Shown here piece after piece: positions 33,469 to 43,340 of a stretch of 63,368 nt of DNA. The stretch covers positions 1 through 63,368 of the IMG/VR virus record IMGVR_UViG_3300027971_000057. One strand, written 5' to 3'. This DNA is from a virus. Lineage: Duplodnaviria; Caudoviricetes. Made by a program: the position numbers and the translations under genes. The notes below the pieces were generated by a model. It ran no database searches. It was not told where the DNA came from and saw only the letters and a program-made list of their open reading frames with translations. Every line of letters starts with the position of its first letter. The stretch's first letter is position 1.

Positions 33469-36369
33469 ATGAACCCGCTTGATTTTCTAGCGGTTGTTTT
33501 GCCGTCTCCGCAACACGGGTTTTATTGCGCGGCAGAGCTATCCACAGCAAAAAAAGAACACATCTTCGTAGAGGAAATCAGTGAGATCAACGCTTCTGTA
33601 GACACATGGGTAGCTGAACGCCGAAACGTATTCTTCGCACTTTCGACGTTCGAGAAGGCGGGTAAGCGCACCGCTGCCAACGCTCGGCACATCCGGTCAT
33701 TATTCATCGACATGGATGGGTACGCTTCCAAGAAGCAAGCGGCATTGGCGCTGGGCGCGTTCCTCACCGCTACTGGTCTGGAGCAGTTCGGCTCGCCGTG
33801 GATCGTAGGTTCTGGCGGCGGGCTGCACTGCTACTGGCCTTTCAGCGACGACATCCCGGTTGCCAGTTGGAAGCCTGTGGCTGAGAACCTGAAGCGCTTG
33901 TGCAAGCAGGAGAAGCTTGCCATCGACATGACGGTGACTGCGGATGCAGCGCGGGTTCTGCGTATCCCCGGCACGGTCAACTTCAAAGAGAAGTACCCAA
34001 CCCCACGCCCTGTCGAACTGCTGGCAGAAGGTAGCGTGTTTGATTTTAGCGTAGTAAGCGCTCACATTGCTGTACGGCTGACTACGATCCCTCCGATGGC
34101 TGCGCGTGCGCCAACGCTTGAACTTCCCGGGCAAAAACCAAAGGCGGCTACTGCATCTCCCACCGCTGTGCGGATGTTCGAGAACACCGCCACCAAGTTC
34201 AAAAACATTCTCAACGCCACCAAGGCGGGTACTGGGTGCGCCCAACTCAAGCACTACGTTGAGAATGCCGCCGAGGAAGGCATGGAGCCGCTCTGGCGGG
34301 GCTGGTTGAGCATCGCCAAGGTTTGTTCAGATGGTGAGAAGGCCGCGATCTGGTTGACCAAGCAGCATCCCTATGACGAAGACCGGATGCACGCCAAGCT
34401 TGACCAGATCAAAGGCCCGTATCCCTGCCTCAAGTTCGACAGCGAAAACCCGGGCGTCTGCACCAGTTGCCCACACTTCGGCAAGATCACCAACCCGCTG
34501 GCCTTGGGGAAGGAACTGGCGCTTGAGACCGATGCGAAAGAAGTAGAAGTCATTCAAGCGTCGGACAACGACGCGGCTCCGCAGGAGATCGTGAAGGTAA
34601 TCCGCCCAGCACCACCGAAAGGGTTCGCGTATGGGGCCAAGGGCGGCATCTTCATGGAGAAGAAAGACAAGGACGCTGACGGCAAGGAAGTCACACGCCA
34701 GATCATGCTGCTGCCGTTCGACCTGTTCGTGGTGGATCTGCTGAACAACCAAGGCGTGCATAGCGTGCATATGTACGCCGTCAAACCGGGGGAAGCAGTT
34801 CGCACCGTGCTGCTCCCGCAGCGTGCAGTCGTCAGCAAGGACGACACAATGAAAGCACTGGCCGAGCAAAACATCATTGCTTCGTTTGGCGCGGGTAACG
34901 ACCAGAATCTCTTTTCTTATGTGCGAGCGTGTGTCGAACAGGCCAGTACAGGCAGAGCCCCGCTGAATGTCCCAGCCCACTTTGGCTGGCAGGATGATGA
35001 GTCATTTGTTTTTGCTGGGCGCATCTACAACAAGAACGGGAACGTCAAAGTCCCCATGCCCGACCTTGAGAACATCGTCGCCGTCACGCAGCCCAAAGGC
35101 ACACTGGCAGGATGGCAGGAGTTCATCAAGCTGCTTATCCGCAAGAAAATGTACAAGCAACTGGCGGTCATGATGGCGGGGGCTGGCGCACCGCTGATGC
35201 GCTTCACCGGATTGAATGGGCTGACATTCCACTGCGGCTCAACGGAATCCGGTACAGGCAAAACGCTTGCGCTGGAGGCAGCGGCATCTGTATGGGGCCA
35301 CCCAACGAACTATCGGATGGGTAAGGAAACTTCACAGGTTGCCATGCAGCAGCGGGCGGGATTGCTGCACAGTTTGCCAGTCATTACCGATGAGGTGTCC
35401 ACCAAGACTCGGGGAGAAGATAGTTGGATCCGCAGTTGGATCTTTAACTTCTCAGAAGGTCGAGGCAAAGAGCGGATGGAATCGGGGGCCAACAAAGAGC
35501 GTCTGAATTTATCTACGTGGCAGTCGTGCTCGCTGCTCTCGTCGAATACGCACTTCATGGATCAGCTTACGACGGGGCAGCATTCAGCGGAAGGCGAGAT
35601 GCGCCGCCTTCTGGAATTTACTTGGACCGATAGGTTGGAGTGGGAGCCTGAAGAGGTCGAGATCGTTAAGTCGCTGCTCGACAACTATGCGGTGGCAGGG
35701 CCAGTCGTCATCGAGTATCTGGTACGTAACGTAGAAGAAGTACGTAAGCTGGTCAAAGACTGCGTACAGCAGGCGTACAAGATATTCGGTGCAACCAACG
35801 ATGAGCGCTTCTGGATGGCGGGCTTGGGGACGATCCTCGCGATGATCATCATTTGGAAGCGCATCGGTGTTGCCGATATCCCAGCGCAGGCAATTATCGA
35901 TCTCTATATGGAGCGTATAAAAAGTACGCGGCTGATGATCAAGGGCAGCGCTAGGAATGCGGAAGATATCCTGAACGCCTACACTCGCGACAATTATGCC
36001 AAGATGATCATCATCAAGTATTGCGATGAGCGTAAGTCACTGGTCAGCAGTTACGGCTTCGACAGCAAGGAAGTCGATATGTCGATCACACGCTCCGCAA
36101 TTCTTGGGCGGGTGGAGCATGACGCTACTCCCGGGCACATTGACTACTATCTGGAAGAGGGGATGCTGAAAGCGTACTGCGCGTCGATGAGTTTCGGTTA
36201 CTCAGACTTCAAGCGGCAATTAGCGGCCATGTTCACCATGACGCATATGCCCAAGAAGAACATGACGGCGAAGACAAAAGGCCCGCAGATGCGGGTTGCG
36301 GTGATCAAGATTAGCCGCCGAATAACAACGCTGGAAGACGACGATGAAGGTGCGCTATCCGTGGGATGA
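33469..36369 (+). CDS. primase-helicase (RepB/AEP-like primase + DUF927 + P-loop)
   Basis: FIDMD, SGGGLHCYW, RVLRIPGT; FGWQ; ESGTGKT, ITDE. Confidence 0.85.
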   Translation: MNPLDFLAVVLPSPQHGFYCAAELSTAKKEHIFVEEISEINASVDTWVAERRNVFFALSTFEKAGKRTAANARHIRSLFIDMDGYASKKQAALALGAFLTATGLEQFGSPWIVGSGGGLHCYWPFSDDIPVASWKPVAENLKRLCKQEKLAIDMTVTADAARVLRIPGTVNFKEKYPTPRPVELLAEGSVFDFSVVSAHIAVRLTTIPPMAARAPTLELPGQKPKAATASPTAVRMFENTATKFKNILNATKAGTGCAQLKHYVENAAEEGMEPLWRGWLSIAKVCSDGEKAAIWLTKQHPYDEDRMHAKLDQIKGPYPCLKFDSENPGVCTSCPHFGKITNPLALGKELALETDAKEVEVIQASDNDAAPQEIVKVIRPAPPKGFAYGAKGGIFMEKKDKDADGKEVTRQIMLLPFDLFVVDLLNNQGVHSVHMYAVKPGEAVRTVLLPQRAVVSKDDTMKALAEQNIIASFGAGNDQNLFSYVRACVEQASTGRAPLNVPAHFGWQDDESFVFAGRIYNKNGNVKVPMPDLENIVAVTQPKGTLAGWQEFIKLLIRKKMYKQLAVMMAGAGAPLMRFTGLNGLTFHCGSTESGTGKTLALEAAASVWGHPTNYRMGKETSQVAMQQRAGLLHSLPVITDEVSTKTRGEDSWIRSWIFNFSEGRGKERMESGANKERLNLSTWQSCSLLSSNTHFMDQLTTGQHSAEGEMRRLLEFTWTDRLEWEPEEVEIVKSLLDNYAVAGPVVIEYLVRNVEEVRKLVKDCVQQAYKIFGATNDERFWMAGLGTILAMIIIWKRIGVADIPAQAIIDLYMERIKSTRLMIKGSARNAEDILNAYTRDNYAKMIIIKYCDERKSLVSSYGFDSKEVDMSITRSAILGRVEHDATPGHIDYYLEEGMLKAYCASMSFGYSDFKRQLAAMFTMTHMPKKNMTAKTKGPQMRVAVIKISRRITTLEDDDEGALSVG

Positions 36370-36529
36370 GGTTGAGCGAGGGCAGGGATTTTTTGTCCCT
36401 GCCCTTGATACCGCACAAACTCGTGAGGAAGGACTACGCGCTGCCCTGATGCTGAAACTGACAGACGCCCGAGCTACCCCGGGCATCCGCAACGGTTTTA
36501 TTGGCGTGTGGTTCTATCGCCTTGGTTAG
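36344..36529 (+). CDS. small hypothetical protein
   Basis: YPWDEVERGQGFFVP; last gene of plus arm, overlaps the convergent gene by 32 nt. Confidence 0.6.
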   Translation: MKVRYPWDEVERGQGFFVPALDTAQTREEGLRAALMLKLTDARATPGIRNGFIGVWFYRLG

Positions 36530-39500
36530 ATACCTTGAGCAGTCTTTCAGCGTAGGCATTCTCAGCGTTTCGTAGCCTCTTGATGAGGACATCTTTCTGT
36601 TCAGTCGTTAGCTTGGGCGAAGCGGTGATTTGCCGCTCTTGCTTTGCCCACACACCTAGCTGCTTATAAGCCGCACCAGACACGCTTGCCAGTGCCAACT
36701 CATCTGCGTACTTGGTGGCAAACTCCCGCGCACCCGCGAGATCCCCGTCGTCTATCTTCTTCTTGTAGGTGTTCTGCGCCTGCTGAACATCCTTCATTTG
36801 GGCGAAGGCTTCGTCCAAGATACCACGCCCATCGTTGGGCTGGAACAAGCCGCCGATAAGCACATTCTTGCTCAAAGGCTTGGTAGGCTCCTGCACTTCT
36901 TTGCCGCCGGGGGCTGGCTGCTTGAGCAGTGGGTTGAGCAAAGACATCGCTGCAATGCCCGCGCTTCCGGTATAGCCGCGAACAAGGTAGTCGATCTTGA
37001 TTGGGCTCAGGCCCACTTCACCAGTGACGCTGCCGATAAGTTTGGCAAGTTCTGTAGTTCCCGGACGAAAGCGTTCCGTAGCTTTCAGCCCCTGTTCGCG
37101 TGGAGACTCAATGTCACCGCCAAAGAATGACTTGCCCAGCACCACTTCCGTAGCGGGCTTAATGCCCTGTGGCAAGCTGAACGGATTGGACTGCCAAAGC
37201 AGTTTGCCGATACCGCCCACTGCTTTGCTGGCGCTTTCGTCGTGCGCCCATACATCCACAAGCGCTTCTGGAATTGCCTTGAACAAGTACCCAAGTTCAA
37301 ACATGATGGGCACACGAACGGGCTCATCAAGCCCGGGGATACGAACGAAGAAGTTGTTGTAGCGCTCTTCTGGCTTGGCTTGCTTGTACGCATCATCGTC
37401 CTGCATAAGCGCGATGTACGCCATCGTAGTAGCGGTCACCATAGCGCCTCTGGCAAACAGCTTCTTTTGAATCTCAAGCCGCTCGTTGTTGTCCATCTTC
37501 CCGCGCATAGCGCGATACAGTACATCCAGACCCTGAAGCTGTGCGTTGAAGAAAGGAATCAACGTGGACAACAAACGCGCACTAGCAGACAGGCCGTGAC
37601 GGCTGAAGTTCATTGACTCTTGCGCCCGCATAAGCGCTTGCAATTCGGTCATGCCCTTAGCGATGGAGTCTTTGTAGATCGTCACGCGAGTAGCAGCATC
37701 ACCCTTCAGCGCAAAGGCATCAGCCTTGCTCATGAGCTTTTCCCAGCCACTCTTGCCGCTCTGCATATCGCGGAGGAAGCGGGCCATATCTCGCTGATCG
37801 CCCGTATAGACGTTACTGGTGATTGCTCCCGCCGCCATCAAGCGTTCTTCCTCGGGACTACGACCCGCCACCATCTTGGTGAGTTCTTTCATGCTGTTGA
37901 GCACGGGAACCCCGTCCATACCCGTGGTCATCCACGCAATCATTGGGTCACGAATCGCCTGTCGAATCGCGTATGCGGGCATACGAGTCACCGCTAACCG
38001 CAACAAGTTAGTTGGCATACCCATCATGCGGATGAGGAACGGCATACTGGTCGCAATACCCTCCATGCTCTTGACGAACATATCGGCGGGAATGCCATAC
38101 GTGTCGGTATCAACAATCGCGTATTTCTTGACCCCGTTGTCGAAAAAACGAACTGCTCCTTCGGGTCCATCGCCCTCACCAATGCGCTTGATCGCGCCCA
38201 TCTTCAATAGCGTGAAGCAAGTGTTCTTGGTGCGGATATTTCTCAACGCCATCTCGGTCAGCATCGCCGTGTTCTGGATCGCGCTGGTGTAGATAGGCAT
38301 GATCTTGCGGTTGCTGCCGACAAGGTCTTTCAAGTTAGGCTGCTGCTTGATGTTACCGATTCGGACAATACTCTTGCCGCCCAGATCCAAGATCACGTTG
38401 CCGTTATCGACGCGGTAGAACGGAACATATGGCGTCTCCTTAAGGCGGTCACCCACCTTCTTGGACAGTGCGCCGCACTGCACGGTGAAGTCGATAAGCC
38501 CGTTGTTGTATGCCTTGTACTCTTTAGCCGCTGCCTCGAACGCCTCCTTGGCTTTCGGGTTTGCTTTCAGCAGATCCATGACCTCAGCGTAGGCATCCTT
38601 GGCAATCTTCGGGTCCGTGTTCAGCTTTTCCCAACCGAGCTTCTCAGCGCGTTGCCCAGCGATATAGGCTGTGAAGTACGCCTCGGTAGTAGCCTCGTTC
38701 CCCAGCTTCGCTTGACCCGCAAGTTCAGCCACACGCATGAGCGTAGCGCCCTTGACGCTGTTGAAAGTGATCGACTTTCCGTTCGGCGTATTCTGAACCG
38801 CCAGTTGCAGCGGACCATGCGTGATGGCTTGGTTGACATAAGCGTTGCGGTTCTCACCCGCACGCAGGTAGTACATCGCCTGCTCGCCTTCGAGGCTGGA
38901 CAGAACTTTCTTGTCCACGCCCTTGGTCACAGCCGCGTCAATTGATGCCCAGCTATCCAATGCCGCTTGGCGCAAACGAAGCCCAAGATTACCCGCCCGG
39001 ACCTTAGCCCACAGCGTGGGCTCTTCCGCTACAAGCGCTGCGGCAGACGAACTGGTGATGCGCTCACCTTGCAGCATATCGGTCAGCGCGTCTGACGCGG
39101 TGAGTCGATATCGGGGGGCCATGCCCTTTATGCTCTCAGCCGTGGGCGCTTCAACCTTAGTAAACAAGCGATCAGCAGCAGCAAGCGTAGCGTCGCGCAT
39201 GTTTGTAGGAATATCTACACCAAGCAGTTTCAAGACGGTGTTCTTGAAAGACTCCCACGCATTTTTAATCGTCCACGGTTTGCTATGCATATAGTCTTGC
39301 AGATTCTTGTCTGACAAAGCTTCTGCAACAAACTCGCTAAGGCTTGACTTGGCGTTTTCGTTCTTTATGTTGTCATCGCTTTTTATTTCTTCATAAAGTG
39401 CTTGTAGTTCCTTTTTAGCTGCAAGTTGATCTGGCGTGAGCTTCGACTCATCCATTTTAATAAGGCGCTCAGTGGCGGCATGAACCGCTTCGTGGATAAC

Positions 39501-42500
39501 TGTCTGTTCATTCTGACCGTGAGCCTTGTCAATCCAAATAGTGCTGCCATCAGCAGAACATGCGCCGCGAGCAAAATTACCCTCGTTGTCAGTAAGACCA
39601 TCAACCATGTTGACATGGGTTTCTTTTAGTAAAAACTGCAAGCGTTGCGCAACCGCTTTGATAACATCGTTGGTTGTCGAGGACGCAATATCCCCCAACG
39701 TGCCCTGCAAATCGTTACTAGCTAACCCATCTTTAGCATCCTCGTTTAGTGGGATGTCTTCCGCCTCTTCTACCCCAGTTCTAAACGCAGCTTTAGGGGA
39801 ACGTGGCTTGGCCTCCTGCGTAGGTGGCTCGGTGTCAGGCGTTTCGTCCGTGGCAACAAACGGCTTGCGCTTGGGGTTGACCTCGGCGGATGTAGCGCCG
39901 CGCTTGACCTTGGTGGTAGTAGCGCCTTCCTTGCTTTCGGTAGACCCCGTTCGCATAGTTCCCGGCTCGACGGTGGCCTTGCGAACCACTTGCTCCGTGC
40001 GCTTGGTTCTTGGCGTCTGCTTACTGGCAGCAGTCTCGGCAGTAGCCGCCTTGAGGCGTTCAGTAGCGGCCTTGAGCGCGTCTTTGTAGACTTGCGACTT
40101 GACGCCTTCCTTGATACCAACCGCTTGCAACGCGGCCTTTGCCGCATCTGTCAGACGGATGTAGGCTTCGCTTTCTTTGCCAAATTTCTTGATGATCTTG
40201 TCGCGCTTGATCACCCACTCACTTCTGGCCTGCGTGTAGGCTTCTGTTTTTCTGCCCTCATTGAGCGCCAACTGGCGAAGCTCCAGTGAACTCGCGGCTT
40301 CTTGTTCCACATCCCCCGCTGCTATACGTGTAGCGGTTGCGGCTTCCTTGGAAATTTTGTTGCGGCTGCGCCCCAATGCGTCTACGGCGTCTTCTTTAGT
40401 CTTTGCAACATTTGACGCTCTCCTAAGCGGAGTCGTCTCGTGCATCCCCTGATAGATAGCGAAAATCTTTTGGCTGGCAGGGGCAATATGTGCAATAAGC
40501 TCGTTGTACTCTGACTCCGCTGCATCAATCTTGCGCTTAATTGCGTACTTTTCTTCGTTTGTAAGAGGGCGGGTAAGCGTCGTCTCGCCTTTAAGACGGG
40601 CCTTGAGGACCGCAACCTTGTCCTTCATTCCAAGCGTGATGGGTTTAACGCCTGTGAATTCTCCGGGGACTACGGACTTGCCGTAGTTGATCTTATTCGC
40701 GGCTTTCTCGATCCCCTTAAGCCACGTAGGAAAAACCGTAGGCTTACCTTCGGGCGTCAGCAGGGGCATGACCCCGCTTTCCAAAACAGCCGTGTACTTT
40801 TCACGGGCAGCATAAGCATCAACCGCTTTCTGCAACAACGACTTTTTGGCGTTGCCTTGAGGGTTCTCGATGCTCCGCTTGATTTGCGCGATCTTCTCCA
40901 TCCCGGCATCGAACTCTTCTGGCGTGACGGTGCGGGTGAGCTTGAGACCTTTGAGATTAAACCGCTTATCCAGCCCATCAATTAGGCGGCGGCGTGCGGC
41001 GGCTTTTGCGTCTGCATTCTGCGTCTGCGCTTCGCGCTCCTTAGCGCGGGTTGCATTGTTTATGTACCGCTCATGGTCCCCGTTGAGGACAGAGGTACGG
41101 ATGAGGTTGGCATCGCTGAAAAGATCCAGTTCTTTAGGCGCTTCACCAGCCCTTGAAGGGGCGGTAGCCCAGAACTTATCAAGTCGGGCTTTCTCGAACG
41201 CTGCGTCAGCGTCTTCTTTCGTTTGTCCAGATGGTTTCTCTGCAAACTTTTCTGCGTCTTCAGCAAAAGGCCATTGGCTCTTTTGATAGTCGTACTCGGG
41301 CGGGGCTTTGTCTTCCAACTCGGCAGGAGGAATGGGCGCTTCTTCTTCAGTGAACAGCGGCAGTGTCTGTCCACGTTCCCGGTTTGCGCGTTCTTGCTCT
41401 GCTTGCGCGTCCGCCGCTGCCCGCTCTGCTGCTATACGATCTTCTTCCGCAGCCTGCTTGAACATATCAAGCGTCTTAGGACCGCGAGGAGGCAATTTGG
41501 GAAGGGGTCTAGCTTGTGCGGGAGTCTGGGCAATACCTGCAATAGGGGCCACAGGTTCTGCATCCGCGATTTCAGGACCGGAAGACGGGGCGGCTTGCGA
41601 AGAGAACAAAGGCAACGTCTCACCCATGCCTGTACTGGCGCGGGCTTGCTGGTCCTCGATCTCTGTGCGACGACGTTCGATGTCCTGCTGAATCGCGGCT
41701 TGCTGGGCTTTTGCTGCGGCAAGATCAGCTAAGTGTTTGTTCTGGGCTTCAAAGTCGCCATCAGCGCCTGTTTGCTCGACTTGCCCACCAAGGGCTTCAA
41801 TCTGCTTGTTGAGCCTTTCAAGCTCGGCTACCTGTCCCGGAAGCCCTTGGAACTCTTGCGGAGTACGGTCAAGCGAGAACCCTGCTGCGCCACCCTGCTG
41901 CTCGATCAAGCCTGCCAGATTCTGTTTCTGTGCCTCAAGCGCTTTGTACTTTTCAAGCAGCGTGGTATGGGTCTGTGCATCTCCCGCATTAGCGGCTTGT
42001 TGCAGTTGCCCTGCAAGGGTAGAGGTTTGCTGATTCAGCGTCTCGTACTGCGCCATGAGCGTCTGCACGGGTGTCTCAATACGCCCTTCGGTTGGCTGCT
42101 GCGCTGCGGCCTCAGTTTCTAATTTGGCGTATCGCGCACGCTCTGCGAGCAACGGGGCAAGCTGGCCTTTACGTGCTGCGTACTCTTCACCCAGTGGCTT
42201 GAGCGTTTCATTCTTGAACGTATTAGCCGCATCCTTGGCTTGCTGATACGCGGCCTTTTCCTCGTCTGAAGCGTCTTTCTTCGGCTTCTTGGCCGCAGTT
42301 GAAAGCTGCTGCATCTGTTGCAGCGCGGACTGATAGTCGTCGTGCAACTTGAGCAGGTTCTCGGGCTTGCTTTTCTCCGCTTCTTCTGCGTCTTGGGTGG
42401 CTTTATTCTCCGCAGCAATCCGCTCATCCGCAGCCTTCTTGGCGGCGGTCATGGCGCGACCCTTCTCCATATAGTGACCAGCAGGCGCAATAACGCCACC

Positions 42501-43337
42501 AAGGACTGCACCACCCACGAAGTTGTCGAAGTATTCTTTGCGTGCCTCGGGATCTGTCAGACTCAGCCCTGCTTGCATCCGCTCAAGTACTTGCTGCGAT
42601 GCCTCAGTCAAACCCTCTACGCCTGCAATTTGTCCCGTTTTAAACGTGTACTCGGCCAGCGTCTTCTTGAGCCCTTGCTCTGCAAGCGTCTTGAGTTCCT
42701 TCTCGGACAGCTTCATTCCCGCCGCACCAAACATTCTGCCCAGTCCCGGAAGCATCTTCAGGGACGCAATGTCGAGTATGGTCTGTGGGATAGCCGCCAG
42801 CGCAGCCGCGCCAACATCCGCATTTTGAATCGTTTTGCCCGTATCTAGCTGTCGCCCAAAGTTGGAAGTTGTAAACTGGGCTGCGCTGGTCAAGCCAGCG
42901 GCACCTGTGCCCAGCAGCGCCGCACCAGCCATCTCAGGAGCTAGCGCGGCAATACCAGCACCAGCCGCACCCGCAGCAACCGGGGCCAGCATATAAGCCG
43001 CCGAAGATCCTGCCAACCCCTTGATGTAGTTAAGCGGGTCTTCTGAAAACTCTACTTGCTTGTAACGCTGCTCGTTTTCTTTGTTTACTTTTTCGCGGTA
43101 CTTAGCAGCTTCTTCAACATCCCCCGCCCCAAACCGACTCGCCAAAGCCCGCGTGTCTGCTAGTAGCCCTCGACCCGTAGCCTTAAACGCGGGCATGAAC
43201 CCGCTTTCTGGAGGGGGTAAAGCAGGGGCAAAAAGTTCAGGAAACCGTTGTTGCGCCGAAGCCATTGCATCGGCGTAAGACATACCGTCAGGAACTTCAA
43301 TAGCGTTCCCTCCGGGCAACCGAATGTACTTAGCCAT
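36498..43337 (-). CDS. large internal virion / polyvalent protein (zincin + LPD38-like domain)
   Basis: 2279 aa; VIHEAVHA...SEFVAEAL; ERYNNFFVRIP...VPIMFELGYLFKAIPE. Confidence 0.75.
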   Translation of the reverse strand: MAKYIRLPGGNAIEVPDGMSYADAMASAQQRFPELFAPALPPPESGFMPAFKATGRGLLADTRALASRFGAGDVEEAAKYREKVNKENEQRYKQVEFSEDPLNYIKGLAGSSAAYMLAPVAAGAAGAGIAALAPEMAGAALLGTGAAGLTSAAQFTTSNFGRQLDTGKTIQNADVGAAALAAIPQTILDIASLKMLPGLGRMFGAAGMKLSEKELKTLAEQGLKKTLAEYTFKTGQIAGVEGLTEASQQVLERMQAGLSLTDPEARKEYFDNFVGGAVLGGVIAPAGHYMEKGRAMTAAKKAADERIAAENKATQDAEEAEKSKPENLLKLHDDYQSALQQMQQLSTAAKKPKKDASDEEKAAYQQAKDAANTFKNETLKPLGEEYAARKGQLAPLLAERARYAKLETEAAAQQPTEGRIETPVQTLMAQYETLNQQTSTLAGQLQQAANAGDAQTHTTLLEKYKALEAQKQNLAGLIEQQGGAAGFSLDRTPQEFQGLPGQVAELERLNKQIEALGGQVEQTGADGDFEAQNKHLADLAAAKAQQAAIQQDIERRRTEIEDQQARASTGMGETLPLFSSQAAPSSGPEIADAEPVAPIAGIAQTPAQARPLPKLPPRGPKTLDMFKQAAEEDRIAAERAAADAQAEQERANRERGQTLPLFTEEEAPIPPAELEDKAPPEYDYQKSQWPFAEDAEKFAEKPSGQTKEDADAAFEKARLDKFWATAPSRAGEAPKELDLFSDANLIRTSVLNGDHERYINNATRAKEREAQTQNADAKAAARRRLIDGLDKRFNLKGLKLTRTVTPEEFDAGMEKIAQIKRSIENPQGNAKKSLLQKAVDAYAAREKYTAVLESGVMPLLTPEGKPTVFPTWLKGIEKAANKINYGKSVVPGEFTGVKPITLGMKDKVAVLKARLKGETTLTRPLTNEEKYAIKRKIDAAESEYNELIAHIAPASQKIFAIYQGMHETTPLRRASNVAKTKEDAVDALGRSRNKISKEAATATRIAAGDVEQEAASSLELRQLALNEGRKTEAYTQARSEWVIKRDKIIKKFGKESEAYIRLTDAAKAALQAVGIKEGVKSQVYKDALKAATERLKAATAETAASKQTPRTKRTEQVVRKATVEPGTMRTGSTESKEGATTTKVKRGATSAEVNPKRKPFVATDETPDTEPPTQEAKPRSPKAAFRTGVEEAEDIPLNEDAKDGLASNDLQGTLGDIASSTTNDVIKAVAQRLQFLLKETHVNMVDGLTDNEGNFARGACSADGSTIWIDKAHGQNEQTVIHEAVHAATERLIKMDESKLTPDQLAAKKELQALYEEIKSDDNIKNENAKSSLSEFVAEALSDKNLQDYMHSKPWTIKNAWESFKNTVLKLLGVDIPTNMRDATLAAADRLFTKVEAPTAESIKGMAPRYRLTASDALTDMLQGERITSSSAAALVAEEPTLWAKVRAGNLGLRLRQAALDSWASIDAAVTKGVDKKVLSSLEGEQAMYYLRAGENRNAYVNQAITHGPLQLAVQNTPNGKSITFNSVKGATLMRVAELAGQAKLGNEATTEAYFTAYIAGQRAEKLGWEKLNTDPKIAKDAYAEVMDLLKANPKAKEAFEAAAKEYKAYNNGLIDFTVQCGALSKKVGDRLKETPYVPFYRVDNGNVILDLGGKSIVRIGNIKQQPNLKDLVGSNRKIMPIYTSAIQNTAMLTEMALRNIRTKNTCFTLLKMGAIKRIGEGDGPEGAVRFFDNGVKKYAIVDTDTYGIPADMFVKSMEGIATSMPFLIRMMGMPTNLLRLAVTRMPAYAIRQAIRDPMIAWMTTGMDGVPVLNSMKELTKMVAGRSPEEERLMAAGAITSNVYTGDQRDMARFLRDMQSGKSGWEKLMSKADAFALKGDAATRVTIYKDSIAKGMTELQALMRAQESMNFSRHGLSASARLLSTLIPFFNAQLQGLDVLYRAMRGKMDNNERLEIQKKLFARGAMVTATTMAYIALMQDDDAYKQAKPEERYNNFFVRIPGLDEPVRVPIMFELGYLFKAIPEALVDVWAHDESASKAVGGIGKLLWQSNPFSLPQGIKPATEVVLGKSFFGGDIESPREQGLKATERFRPGTTELAKLIGSVTGEVGLSPIKIDYLVRGYTGSAGIAAMSLLNPLLKQPAPGGKEVQEPTKPLSKNVLIGGLFQPNDGRGILDEAFAQMKDVQQAQNTYKKKIDDGDLAGAREFATKYADELALASVSGAAYKQLGVWAKQERQITASPKLTTEQKDVLIKRLRNAENAYAERLLKVSNQGDRTTRQ

Positions 43338-43340
43338 GTT

